Below are positions 38,534 through 48,173 of a DNA stretch of 64,000 bases, in pieces. The DNA comes from a bacterium (lineage in GTDB: Bacteria > Desulfobacterota > DSWW01). Under the pieces are notes generated by a model, which was given only the letters and a program-made list of their open reading frames with translations, was not told the DNA's origin and made no database searches. The position numbers and the translations under genes were made by a program. Every line of letters starts with the position of its first letter. Positions within the stretch are counted from its first letter, which is position 1. The DNA lies in the NCBI GenBank assembly GCA_040756235.1, contig JBFLZG010000081.1:8018-72017 (forward strand), given 5' to 3'.

Positions 38534-41490
38534 TCGCTGCTTCCCACTGCAATTGCACTTGGAAGATCCATACCATAGCGATCCTGTCGAACACGGAAGG
38601 CCTCACGGCCCCCCTCCATGATGTCAATCACTGACTGTACGATATCGTCATTGTCAATTGATCCGTGTTTCTCGACTTTCGCCTTGCGGTCGCTAATCGC
38701 ATTCAAGACGATCACTTGCTCGGCATCACCGGACACCACAATGTTCGGGTTGTGAGTGCAAACAATGATCTGTCGTTTCTCCTTAAGCGCTGCAAGGATA
38801 TCAGCGAGAACCTGGCCAATGAGCCGATTATCCAAGTTGTCCTCCGGCTGATCGATGACGAGCGGCGTCGTTTCAGCTAATGCGATGAGTGGAAGCATCG
38901 CACTCGACCTTTGGCCTGGAGACAGTTCTCCAACTGGTCGGTCGTTCAGAAGGATGCTCTCTTCGTCGTCCCACTCGGTCTCCTCCAGTTTCATTAGGTT
39001 CATCAGGCGATCACCACTATCTTGGAGAGACTCGACCTGAGCGGCCTCGTCCATTGCCCACGGTCTCAGCAAGTCAATCGCCTTCTGGGCTTCAGCGGGT
39101 GTGATCTGCTGTGTCGATGGATCATCGGCTAACTGACGTCCGGCAAATACATCGGCCTCAGTGGCTACCAGCGCCTCCACCAGGGTTACGGGATTAAAGT
39201 GGGCGGCGAGGATTTCTGGTATCCGTCGGTTCATGTACTGCCTCGCAAAGGCAGCTGCGATCTTGAATCGGGAAATCGCCTCAATGAAATGTCGTACATC
39301 ACGTCCCGCTTGGAAGAGCAGTGATATCTTCATGTGGCCGGCGAAATGTTGATTGAGCATCGTCTCAGTCTTCTCGTTACAACGCGCCCGAATTCCCGCG
39401 ATCCGATCGTGGGCTTGTATCAGCTGGTCTGCGCTTTGTTTCCGCGCTGCCAGCGTAATTTGAAGACGCCTCCACGTCTTCAGATACTCATCGCGCAAAG
39501 CGGATACTTCGCGCAATCTACGCTCGGCATTCGCTCGAAGGTCGGCGATCTTTTGCATTGACGAGTCGTCAGCAAAAGAAGTCCTGATCTGCGATTGGAT
39601 TGCCTCGATTTCACTCTCGCTCAGGACGATTTGCTGACCCAACAGTTCGACCAGTCCGTTCAGCACTTGGGCAGCGGATGAGATGTACTTTTGCACATCT
39701 GCCTCGGAATCAACAATCTTGAGTTTTCGTGTCGCATCTGTCAGCCACCAATCACGGAGTGTCTGAGGTGCCCGGCCAAGGAGTTCCGTCAGGCCCTCAC
39801 GTAGGGAGGCAACGTCTAGATCGCTCAGCTTGGTGGCAAATGAATCGACGTTCTCTCGAATGTGCCGTAAGACGTGAGCCTTCATCTGGGCGAGGTCGAG
39901 GTCGGCAAAGTGCTTCTTAACGTCTTCGGTGTTAAGCCTTTCGAAGGCGCTCTTGTATTCGGAATAGCGACGGATCATACCGTTCTGGCGCTCGTAGATG
40001 ATCTTCAGCTCGCCTATGATCTTTTCAACGTCCTTTCGGTTGGCTTGAAGCTGTTGGCGCAGCTTGTCGCGTTCCTGCCTGACCGCAGCCAATTCCGGGA
40101 CCAGACGATCCAAGAGATCTCGCTGCCGTGCGGGGTCCCGGCCGAGCGTCTCGATTTCGCTCCATCCAAAGAGTCGCATGGGGTAATCGCCACTGGATTC
40201 GATGTCAGCAACGCATAGTTGCTCGCCATCGGGGGCAAGTACCTTAGTTGCATAATCCTCTTGCGGATCGAAGGTGGCTTCGAGGACACGCCTCTCGCCT
40301 GCCTGGGTCTGATAGACAACCCGAATAAGGCAGCCGGACAGATTTGCCTTCTGCATTTCACGAATGCGATCGGAGAGCTTGTTTGTCGCGTCGAGTTCTG
40401 AAAGTGTACGGTTGTAACCAAACACGAAGCGTAGAGCCTCGACGATTGTCGATTTGCCGGAGCCCCGGGGACCGATGAGGCAGTTGAGGTTTTCTGCAAA
40501 GGCGATGCGTTCCTCCTTGAACAGCGACTGGTCATCACCAATAATTTCAAGGCCGACAAGAAGAGGGCTTGGGGGCCTTGGCAGGTCAGATGCGAAGCGG
40601 ATTCTCGTTTCGGAGAATCTCAGTGCGTCACGAAGGCCCTTGAGGCCCAAATTCGTCATCTTGACCCAGGTGACCAGGTTTGTCTGGGCGAAGTCCTCGA
40701 TGCAGTGAGCGTCGAACCGCATCGTCACGGGAATTGCCACCTTCGCAGGTGCTCTCCACCGATAGTGCCTCTTGTCCGCAGCTCTCGCAATCTCAAGAGC
40801 GTTCAAGCGGAGGGAGAAGAGGAAGTTCTTCAGTTCATCGGAAAGATCCCGTTCCTGTTCAGCCTGTGTATGTGAATCGATTGCCAGAAGTTTGATAATA
40901 TCAGCGCCAGTTTGACGGAAGTGGTGCCGGACGCCTTGTTGTGAATCGACGTGCGCAGCAATACAGATACCGCCCTCAGCCTGAATCCGCTCAATGAACT
41001 CCGCCAAACGTAGTCCACGGACTTCTTCGTACCCCGTCCTGCGTGCGTCCTCCGGGATTTCGTGAAGCCCTGCAAACAGCCTACTGAAGCTTTCCACGGT
41101 TGATCCCTCCGGGAGGATGGCGAGAATATGCAGCCTCGAGCAACTGATCGCCGCCTCGGGTCGGAGGCTCACCTCCATTCCAGGGAGCACTAGAAAATCC
41201 TTCTGGTTTCGGGTAGCGCTGGACACTCTACTGGCATAGGTGCACTTCATGTGATCTGTGACGACTACCAAGTCCAGGTGCTCTTTCAGAGCATTAACAA
41301 ACTCGGCTTCGCCGCCTACGGCAAGAAATTTGTTGCGATCATTCAGCGTTCCATTTCCCGTTCGGTTCCAGTCGTGACTGTCGGGAGAGTGCAGGTGAAG
41401 CGCCACTCGGCGGAAACGCGCAGTCCGTTTCCGAAGCTCGTCCAAAGTGGCAAACAAATCACGGTAGTATAAGGACTCCTGGGGGGTCAT
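38530..41490 (-). CDS. PHP phosphoesterase fused to ABC/SMC-like ATPase (TrlF/Ppl-like)
   Basis: LHLHS, TDH, GME, AAH, DAH PHP motifs; GPRGSGKST, coiled coil, LSPGQ, IDQPEDNLD, THN. Confidence 0.85.
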   Translation of the reverse strand: MTPQESLYYRDLFATLDELRKRTARFRRVALHLHSPDSHDWNRTGNGTLNDRNKFLAVGGEAEFVNALKEHLDLVVVTDHMKCTYASRVSSATRNQKDFLVLPGMEVSLRPEAAISCSRLHILAILPEGSTVESFSRLFAGLHEIPEDARRTGYEEVRGLRLAEFIERIQAEGGICIAAHVDSQQGVRHHFRQTGADIIKLLAIDSHTQAEQERDLSDELKNFLFSLRLNALEIARAADKRHYRWRAPAKVAIPVTMRFDAHCIEDFAQTNLVTWVKMTNLGLKGLRDALRFSETRIRFASDLPRPPSPLLVGLEIIGDDQSLFKEERIAFAENLNCLIGPRGSGKSTIVEALRFVFGYNRTLSELDATNKLSDRIREMQKANLSGCLIRVVYQTQAGERRVLEATFDPQEDYATKVLAPDGEQLCVADIESSGDYPMRLFGWSEIETLGRDPARQRDLLDRLVPELAAVRQERDKLRQQLQANRKDVEKIIGELKIIYERQNGMIRRYSEYKSAFERLNTEDVKKHFADLDLAQMKAHVLRHIRENVDSFATKLSDLDVASLREGLTELLGRAPQTLRDWWLTDATRKLKIVDSEADVQKYISSAAQVLNGLVELLGQQIVLSESEIEAIQSQIRTSFADDSSMQKIADLRANAERRLREVSALRDEYLKTWRRLQITLAARKQSADQLIQAHDRIAGIRARCNEKTETMLNQHFAGHMKISLLFQAGRDVRHFIEAISRFKIAAAFARQYMNRRIPEILAAHFNPVTLVEALVATEADVFAGRQLADDPSTQQITPAEAQKAIDLLRPWAMDEAAQVESLQDSGDRLMNLMKLEETEWDDEESILLNDRPVGELSPGQRSSAMLPLIALAETTPLVIDQPEDNLDNRLIGQVLADILAALKEKRQIIVCTHNPNIVVSGDAEQVIVLNAISDRKAKVEKHGSIDNDDIVQSVIDIMEGGREAFRVRQDRYGMDLPSAIAVGSSE

Positions 41491-41807
41491 TTTCAGTCCT
41501 CCCCGCTGCGTTCTTTCAACCCCTTCCCCCGGCCGATGTCAACTCGAGAATGGACAATTCCAACAACCTCCTCCTCGACCACCAAGCTTGTGAGTCTTTC
41601 GCGGAGCGTGTGCGACTACATGCTTCGGTCATCTCTGGATCTAGAAAATCCGGACACATTATCTGCGACTTTTCGATAGTGGATAAAGACTTTGTATCCT
41701 CATTGCTTTGGGCTCTTCTTGGGCTCCATCATGGTTCTGCATTTCATATCCATTTTTGCCGCTCTATGGCTTCTTTGTTGTCGCGTTTGTCTGGTTTGTG
41801 TCGGGTT

Positions 41808-43289
41808 TCATGGCTGGGGAGCCCCGTTGTCGGGTTTGTCCGGTTTCTGCCGGGTTTCGAGTCTGATGACGTAGTAGGTGCCACGTCCCGTTGTGCCTAT
41901 CTTTTTCAGCACCCCTTTGCGCAGCAGTTCCGCCAAGTCCCGGAGACTCGTTCGGTCTGTAGCACCGGTTAGTTCTTGGTATTCCTTGTTCGTGATCCGT
42001 CCCTTTGTCTTGGTGAAAATGACTGCCTGTTTCTGACGATCGCTCAACCCGAGTTCCGCTATTACGGCCTCCGTCAGCCAGTCCCGCCAAATGGTGACAA
42101 CGAACTGGCCGGCACGCTGCTCGAAGTCTGGCTCGGGGATGCCGACCTCCCGGCAGCGCTCGATCATGTCGAGCGTTCCGGTGCCTGCTTTCTCAATGTA
42201 GTGAGCCAGGTAGAGGGGCTCAGCGATCAGTGGGTTATGGGGAATGGACGCATGAGGCTCCCGGAGGCGCTGGGGTGTGAGGGTGGGCGGTAGTTCTCCA
42301 GGATTCCATACCTCCAGCCTGTCGGCGAACAGCATGACCTGCACGCTTGCATTGCTGGTATAGTCCCGGTGAGCCACGGCGTTGACGATGGCTTCCGCCA
42401 CTGCCTGCTTGGGCAGCTCGTATGCCACGGGTGCTTGGGGCCCGTGCTCACGGGTGCCGATCGTCCGCGCAACCTTGGACAAGACAAAATCCACCGCCTG
42501 GTCTACCAGATTAAAGACAGTCCCTTTAAAGATCTGGTAGGACGGAATGGGCTTTTGAACCTTGGTGCCGTGGAAATGAAGGCATTTGATCTCCGAGGTC
42601 GGGAGGAACCGCTGCGGATTCCCGCCGAACAGGAGGATCGCAGCGTGGGTGGGGCGGCTGTCATCCAGGAGGTTGAGATGGGTCAAGGCCTTCTCTCGTC
42701 TGGTCCTGACCGGTAAAGGATAATTGCGTTCGTGCTTCGCCGTTTCCAGAAACCAACTGATCTTCTCCTGCGGCAGGTCGTTCAAGGTTGCCCGCGGACA
42801 GGCGGACGCATCGAAGGGCAGGCTGCGCAGGTCCCCTCTGCGTTCGAGGTGCTCAACCAGGGCGGCGTAGAGCGCCGCGGTCAAGTCGGGGATGTCGGCG
42901 AAACGCCTGCGGATGAGCTGAGAACCCGCCTTGCGAATCAGTCTGAGCATCTTTGGATGACGCGTCTTGTCGTCGGTGTTTTTGACAAAGATCAGGCGCG
43001 GCTTGCCCCCGACGGTTGCGAAGTGAAACTCGCGTTCCGTCGGCGACAGGCCTTCAGAATCCTCATTCCCATACTCATTGCCGAAAAGGCCGACGTACAC
43101 GTCGCAACGTGCGACTTCCTCCAGATACACCTCATCAGCCCTACGATCGCCGGCAGGGAGATCTTCGAAGAGGAAAACCTCAAAAAAGCGCCGAAGCAGG
43201 GCGTCGCCCTGAACGAAATCTTTTACGGCTCTGCGCTCCCGCTGGAATTCCTTCTGGACGCTGCTCATGAAAAGGCGCTTGCGCTTCAT
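41808..43289 (-). CDS. DUF4062 + HATPase_c_4 (RecG C-like) + winged HTH protein
   Basis: LFMSSVQKEFQRER, YVGLFG..YG...SPTEREF, EAIVNAVAHRDY, WNPG, NPLIA, ITNKEYQ. Confidence 0.8.
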   Translation of the reverse strand: MKRKRLFMSSVQKEFQRERRAVKDFVQGDALLRRFFEVFLFEDLPAGDRRADEVYLEEVARCDVYVGLFGNEYGNEDSEGLSPTEREFHFATVGGKPRLIFVKNTDDKTRHPKMLRLIRKAGSQLIRRRFADIPDLTAALYAALVEHLERRGDLRSLPFDASACPRATLNDLPQEKISWFLETAKHERNYPLPVRTRREKALTHLNLLDDSRPTHAAILLFGGNPQRFLPTSEIKCLHFHGTKVQKPIPSYQIFKGTVFNLVDQAVDFVLSKVARTIGTREHGPQAPVAYELPKQAVAEAIVNAVAHRDYTSNASVQVMLFADRLEVWNPGELPPTLTPQRLREPHASIPHNPLIAEPLYLAHYIEKAGTGTLDMIERCREVGIPEPDFEQRAGQFVVTIWRDWLTEAVIAELGLSDRQKQAVIFTKTKGRITNKEYQELTGATDRTSLRDLAELLRKGVLKKIGTTGRGTYYVIRLETRQKPDKPDNGAPQP

Positions 43290-43390
43290 TGGCCGTTCCC
43301 CCCGTAGGGCGGGGAATCCTCACGCACCACCATCGGCCGGGTCATGGCGTTCACTTCGAGCCAATAGTGGGCCACCTTGGTGACCTGCAG
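43286..43390 (-). pseudogene. orphan remnant of a second helicase-DUF3883 C-terminus
   Basis: QVTKVAHYWLEVNAMTRPMVVREDSPPYG aligns with helicase end EVRQVAHYYLTVNALTQPIRICEPPPPPYG. Confidence 0.75.
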
Positions 43391-43464
43391 CCACCGACCC
43401 GTCTGTCCGCGTATCCGCAGCGGGGCCAGGGGCTTCGGCAGGCGGGCCTTGTGCCGCTCGAAGC

Positions 43465-44706
43465 TCATCTCTTCCTCACCGTTTCCTCCTCGCAGGACTT
43501 CGCAGGAGACGGCAACTCCAAATGCCTTCGTTTCTGCAAGGCCGCCCGAGTTCGATCGATCTCGGCTGCCAGGGTTTTCTCGTCGGGCAAAGCCGTGCGG
43601 TATTCCGACGCCATCACCTTGTTCGGGAGCCCCTCCAGTGCGTACCGCGCGACCGCTTCATCCTTCTGAGCGCACAAAATAAGACCCACCGGTGGGTTTT
43701 CACCCTCCCGAACCCAGTGCTCGCGGGCATAGTTGAGATAGAGGTGCATCTGGCCAGCGTCGGCGTGGGTGAACCTGCCGAGCTTAAGGTCGATGATCAC
43801 CAGACAGCGCAGGCCCCGGTGGAAGAAGACCAGGTCCACGCGGTACCACTCGCCGCCGATGCGAAGCCGCTTCTGCCGGCCGATGAAGCAGAAGTCACCG
43901 CCCAGCTCGAGGAGGAAGGTCTCGAGGTGCCGGATGAGCGCCTCTTCCAGGTCGCTCTCGGAGTACTCGTCCTTGAGATCTAGGAACTCCAGGACGTAGG
44001 GGCTCTTGATCTCCTCCTCCGGCGTCACCGCGTCCTCAGGGAGGCGCTTCTGGCCTTTCGCGAGCATGGCCGCCTTGTTTTGGGAGAGGGCTGTCCGCTC
44101 GTAGAACTGCGCATCGATCTGGCGGGCGAGCTGGCGCACGGCCCAGCCTCCGCGCAGGGCCTCGGCCTCGTAGAAGGCGCGGGCCTCCTCGGAGCGGCTC
44201 CGTCGAACCAGTAGCACATAGTGCGACCAGGAAAGCGGAAAGGCTCCGGCCAGAGCTGCCAGATCCCCTGGCTTCGAGAGGGCCTCGAATTTTCCGGACG
44301 CTGTCTGGAAAATGTGGTCTCCTCTGTGCGCTTCCGAGGACGAACTGCCATCGACCAATCCCGGGGCAGATTCTCCAGACACTGTCTGGAAAATCGCGGG
44401 ATAGGCCAGGTAAAAGGCCCTCATCTCGAACAAGTTGCTCTTCTTGAACCCGCGGCCGAACCGGGCCGAGAGGTCTCGGGCGAGCGTGTCCATCAGCTCT
44501 TCGCCGTAGCCCGCGCGCTTCTTTCCCTGCTGCTCCTCTTCGACGATGCGGCGGCCGATGAGCCAGTAGGCAGCCGTCATGACGGCGTTGACCGACCGCG
44601 CGGCGGTCTGCCGGGCCGCCTGGATCACGGCGGACAGATCGGCCAGGACCGCGGTGTACTCCCCGCCAACCTCAGGGCGGCGCTCGACCGAATCCTTGCG
44701 CGTCAT
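43465..44706 (-). CDS. YhcG/DUF1016 PD-(D/E)xK nuclease-domain protein
   Basis: YWLIGRRIVEEEQ, LSWSHY, KSPYVLEFL, FLLELG, DLVFFH, IIDLK, GQMHLY. Confidence 0.9.
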   Translation of the reverse strand: MTRKDSVERRPEVGGEYTAVLADLSAVIQAARQTAARSVNAVMTAAYWLIGRRIVEEEQQGKKRAGYGEELMDTLARDLSARFGRGFKKSNLFEMRAFYLAYPAIFQTVSGESAPGLVDGSSSSEAHRGDHIFQTASGKFEALSKPGDLAALAGAFPLSWSHYVLLVRRSRSEEARAFYEAEALRGGWAVRQLARQIDAQFYERTALSQNKAAMLAKGQKRLPEDAVTPEEEIKSPYVLEFLDLKDEYSESDLEEALIRHLETFLLELGGDFCFIGRQKRLRIGGEWYRVDLVFFHRGLRCLVIIDLKLGRFTHADAGQMHLYLNYAREHWVREGENPPVGLILCAQKDEAVARYALEGLPNKVMASEYRTALPDEKTLAAEIDRTRAALQKRRHLELPSPAKSCEEETVRKR

Positions 44707-47700
44707 GGCTTCCTCCCGTAGGGGGGCGGCGGAGGCTCGCAGATGCGTATGGGCTGCGTGAGCGCGTTGACCGTCAGGTAGTAGTGCGCAACCTGGCGGA
44801 CCTCATTCCACGGGAACCGTGCTGGGTCTTTGATGGGTTCCTGGAGCTGCGCGTAGCCGTCGCAGCTCGTGACCACGTAGAGCCAGTAGCAGTCCCGGCG
44901 ATCCTCGGCCACCCGGCGCTCGTTCGGTGTGAGCAGAATTGTCCCTGTGTCCCGGGCCAAGCCCTTGACCTCGATGAGCCGTAGCTCGCCGGAGTTCAGG
45001 TCGAGGCTCGTGACGTCGTAGCCGAGATCCTTCTCATGGACGTCATAGACCTGGCGGCCTTGCCCCTTCTCGTATTCCATGACCACTCGCATGGCGGTGG
45101 CCTCGGTCTCCAGGTTCGGGCGCATCCGGCGCACTTCCGGGGCCTCGCGCTCGGGGTGGGGCAGAACGAGCACGCTCGCGATCCGCTCCACGGCCTGGAG
45201 TGTGAGCGACCGCTGCTGCTCGAGCTCCTGCCGGCGTCGCTCGCGGCGGGCAAGAAGGTCCGCCTGTCGGTTCTCCGCTTGGGCAAGGCGGCCGTCGGCT
45301 CCGGCCACACCCTGTTCCCTGTCCTCGTTGGCCTTTCCGATCTCCTCGTCCGCCCGCTGGATCAGCTCCGTAAGGGAAAGCTCTACGTGCTCAGCGATGC
45401 GCAAGCTCTCAGCCAAGCGCTCCTGCCGCGTCTCTTCCAGGAAAGGCTGGAGGGCGTTCGTGTGCAACCATGCCAGAGGCTCAGGCTGGAGGGCGACGGC
45501 GGGAAGCTCCTCGGGTCGCTCGCAAGGCGAGAAGTTCCCGAGCATGTTCGACTCGCGCAGGTAGTAGCCTCCCTCTGCCGGTGCTCCGGCCGGCAGGTCG
45601 GCCTTTCCGGCAAGCTCCACGGCGAAGAGGCGCTCGTGAACCACATGGCCGAGACCGTCCACCACCCGAGCGCGGTAGAAATCGATCCGCGAGGGCTCCT
45701 GGTGCTGGAGGGAATGGAAGCAGGCCCCCTTCCCGAAGCTCTCCGCAGCCTTGGCAGAGGTGTGTCTGCGCACAGCCTCGAACAGTGGATGGCCGGGAGT
45801 GACCCATTCGAGGCTGTTCTTCTCGGCCGTGTCGCGGTCGGTCGAGCAGCGCGGATACTTTGCTGCCACAGAGGCGAGCTTCCAGTCCGGATCGCGCTCG
45901 TACCCCTGAAGGGATGACGGCGTCCGGGCAGGGTCGAAGGTGTGGGGCATGCTCTCCACGAAGCTGAGCTTGAGCGGGACGTACTCGGCCGCCTCGCGCA
46001 TGAAGCGTGCGATCGTCTCCGGCACGACGCGGTGTTCCTGCGCGCGCGCCCGGCGCTCGATCAGCATCTCCAGATTGAGCTTCTTGGACGCAAGCCCTTC
46101 GAGGGCGTTCTGGCAGATGGCCCGGAAGCGCCTCTCGTCCACGTTCTCGAGCAGACGCTCTTCCAGGTCTGCATCGCCGAGCCTCCCTGCGTAGTAGTCC
46201 CGCAGGATGCGATCCAGGTGGGCGGCGGGCAGGATTTCGCCCACAACGTTGAAGACCGCATCATCATCCAGGGCATCCCGGATTTCCTGGAGTTTCTCCA
46301 GGAGCCGCTGGAGGACCCGGCCCTCGATGGTATTCGTCGCCACGAAGTTGAAGATAAGGCAGTCCTTCCGCTGGCCGTAGCGGTGGATGCGGCCCATGCG
46401 CTGCTCGAGGCGATTCGGGTTCCAGGGGATGTCGTAGTTGAAGAGGATATTGCAGACCTGGAGGTTGATACCCTCCCCCGCCGCCTCGGTGGCCACGAGG
46501 ACCTGGATCGCGCCTTCACGGAACCGCTGCTCCGAATAGAGCCGTGTGCCGGGCTCGTCGCGGGAGCCAGGCTTCATGCCGCCATGGATACAGCCAACCC
46601 TGAAGCCCCAGGCCTTGAGCTTCCCAACAAGATAGTCCAGCGTGTCCCTGAATTCTGTGAAAAGAAGAAGCCTTTTGTCCGGATGGTCGAAGAAACCTTC
46701 CTCGTGGAGCAAGTCCTTGAGCTTGGAGAGCTTCGCTTCCGAAGCAGAGTCTTCGATGGCCTGGGCCTGCTTGCCGAGTTGGCGAAGCTCCGCGATCTCC
46801 TCTCGCAGCTGCCCCGCGTTTCCGGCAAGGGTGATCGCCTCGAGCATAGCCTCGAGCCGCTCGCGCTCAGTCTCCTCCATTTCCTCGATCTCTTCCGGAT
46901 CGGGAAGATCGGGCGGGGCCAGCCGCACGAGCTCCTGAGCTCTCTTGAGACCCTCTTCCAGCCTCCGAGCACGGTTCTCCAGGCTATGACGCATCGCATA
47001 GGTGCTGGAAGCGAGCCGGCGCTGGTAGAGGGACATGAGGAACCCAACCGCACGGGCGCGCGGATCCTCCCCCTGGGCGGCAGCCTTCGCACTCTGCCGT
47101 TTCACGAAACGGGTAATCTCTCTGTAGAGATCGAACTCAGGCCCGTCGATCTGGAAGTCGACGGTGTGCGGAACGCGCTTGGTGAAGATCTTCTCGGCCG
47201 CCCAGGTGCCGTCCTGCCGGCGTTCCGGGAAATAGACCATCGCCTCCTTGGTGCGGCGCAAGTAGAACGGGGCACGGCGCCGGTCCATGGCCTCGCGGAT
47301 CGACCGGACATCTGCAAAGGCGTCCGAGTCCAGCAACTGCAGAAAGAGTGTGAAGTTCGCCGGGTCCCCCTTGTGGGGCGTTGCTGTCAGCATCAGGATG
47401 TGGTCGGACGCATCCCGCAGGAATTCGCCGAGGGCATAACGCGCTGTCTTGCGAGCCGGAGGGGTCCACGACATACGGTGGGCCTCGTCCACAATTGCGA
47501 GGTCCCAGCGGACCTGCTTCAAGCCCGGAAGAATATCGGTTCGCTTGGCCAGGTCGAGCGACGTGATGACCTTTTTCTGCTCTAGCCACTGGTTAACGCC
47601 GAACTGGTCCCGGATGTCGTCACCTTTGAGAACCAGGAACTTCTCATCGAACTTCTCCTTCAGCTCCCGCTGCCACTGGAAAGAGAGGTTTGCCGGACAG

Positions 47701-48173
47701 ACAACGAGGACCCGCTCGGCGAGCCCCCTGAGCTGAAGCTCGCGGATGAGGAGCCCGGCCATGATGGTCTTTCCGGCTCCGGCATCATCGGCGAGCAAGA
47801 ATCGGACACGGGCCACCTTTAAGAGATAGTCGTAGATGGCCTCGAGCTGATGGGGCAGCGGATCGACACGAGAGATCGAGAGGCCGAAGTAGGGATCGAA
47901 TTCCCAGGCAATGCCCAGCGAATACGCTTGAAGGCCGAGCTTGAGAAGACGGCCGTCGCCGTCGTAGGTGAAACCGGAATTGAGGATAGTCACCCCTTCA
48001 AGGTCACGGGCGCTGAGCGTGACCTTGCGGAAACGCTCGGAATGCGTGCCGACGAGGCCGACGGTCCAGGTGCCTTCAGCACCGGCTCGCACGCTCTCCA
48101 CGCGCATCGGCTCGTTGAAGAGCGGGCCGGCCAGGATACAACCTTCACGGATTGGGCAAGTTGGAGTTGTCAT
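44703..48173 (-). CDS. SNF2-family helicase with C-terminal DUF3883 nuclease-like domain
   Basis: LLADDAGAGKT, DEAH, TATPH, EGINLQ, QRMGRIHRYGQ; C-term GYDVTS...IEVKG...LTPNE; GGAGG RBS. Confidence 0.9.
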   Translation of the reverse strand: MTTPTCPIREGCILAGPLFNEPMRVESVRAGAEGTWTVGLVGTHSERFRKVTLSARDLEGVTILNSGFTYDGDGRLLKLGLQAYSLGIAWEFDPYFGLSISRVDPLPHQLEAIYDYLLKVARVRFLLADDAGAGKTIMAGLLIRELQLRGLAERVLVVCPANLSFQWQRELKEKFDEKFLVLKGDDIRDQFGVNQWLEQKKVITSLDLAKRTDILPGLKQVRWDLAIVDEAHRMSWTPPARKTARYALGEFLRDASDHILMLTATPHKGDPANFTLFLQLLDSDAFADVRSIREAMDRRRAPFYLRRTKEAMVYFPERRQDGTWAAEKIFTKRVPHTVDFQIDGPEFDLYREITRFVKRQSAKAAAQGEDPRARAVGFLMSLYQRRLASSTYAMRHSLENRARRLEEGLKRAQELVRLAPPDLPDPEEIEEMEETERERLEAMLEAITLAGNAGQLREEIAELRQLGKQAQAIEDSASEAKLSKLKDLLHEEGFFDHPDKRLLLFTEFRDTLDYLVGKLKAWGFRVGCIHGGMKPGSRDEPGTRLYSEQRFREGAIQVLVATEAAGEGINLQVCNILFNYDIPWNPNRLEQRMGRIHRYGQRKDCLIFNFVATNTIEGRVLQRLLEKLQEIRDALDDDAVFNVVGEILPAAHLDRILRDYYAGRLGDADLEERLLENVDERRFRAICQNALEGLASKKLNLEMLIERRARAQEHRVVPETIARFMREAAEYVPLKLSFVESMPHTFDPARTPSSLQGYERDPDWKLASVAAKYPRCSTDRDTAEKNSLEWVTPGHPLFEAVRRHTSAKAAESFGKGACFHSLQHQEPSRIDFYRARVVDGLGHVVHERLFAVELAGKADLPAGAPAEGGYYLRESNMLGNFSPCERPEELPAVALQPEPLAWLHTNALQPFLEETRQERLAESLRIAEHVELSLTELIQRADEEIGKANEDREQGVAGADGRLAQAENRQADLLARRERRRQELEQQRSLTLQAVERIASVLVLPHPEREAPEVRRMRPNLETEATAMRVVMEYEKGQGRQVYDVHEKDLGYDVTSLDLNSGELRLIEVKGLARDTGTILLTPNERRVAEDRRDCYWLYVVTSCDGYAQLQEPIKDPARFPWNEVRQVAHYYLTVNALTQPIRICEPPPPPYGRKP

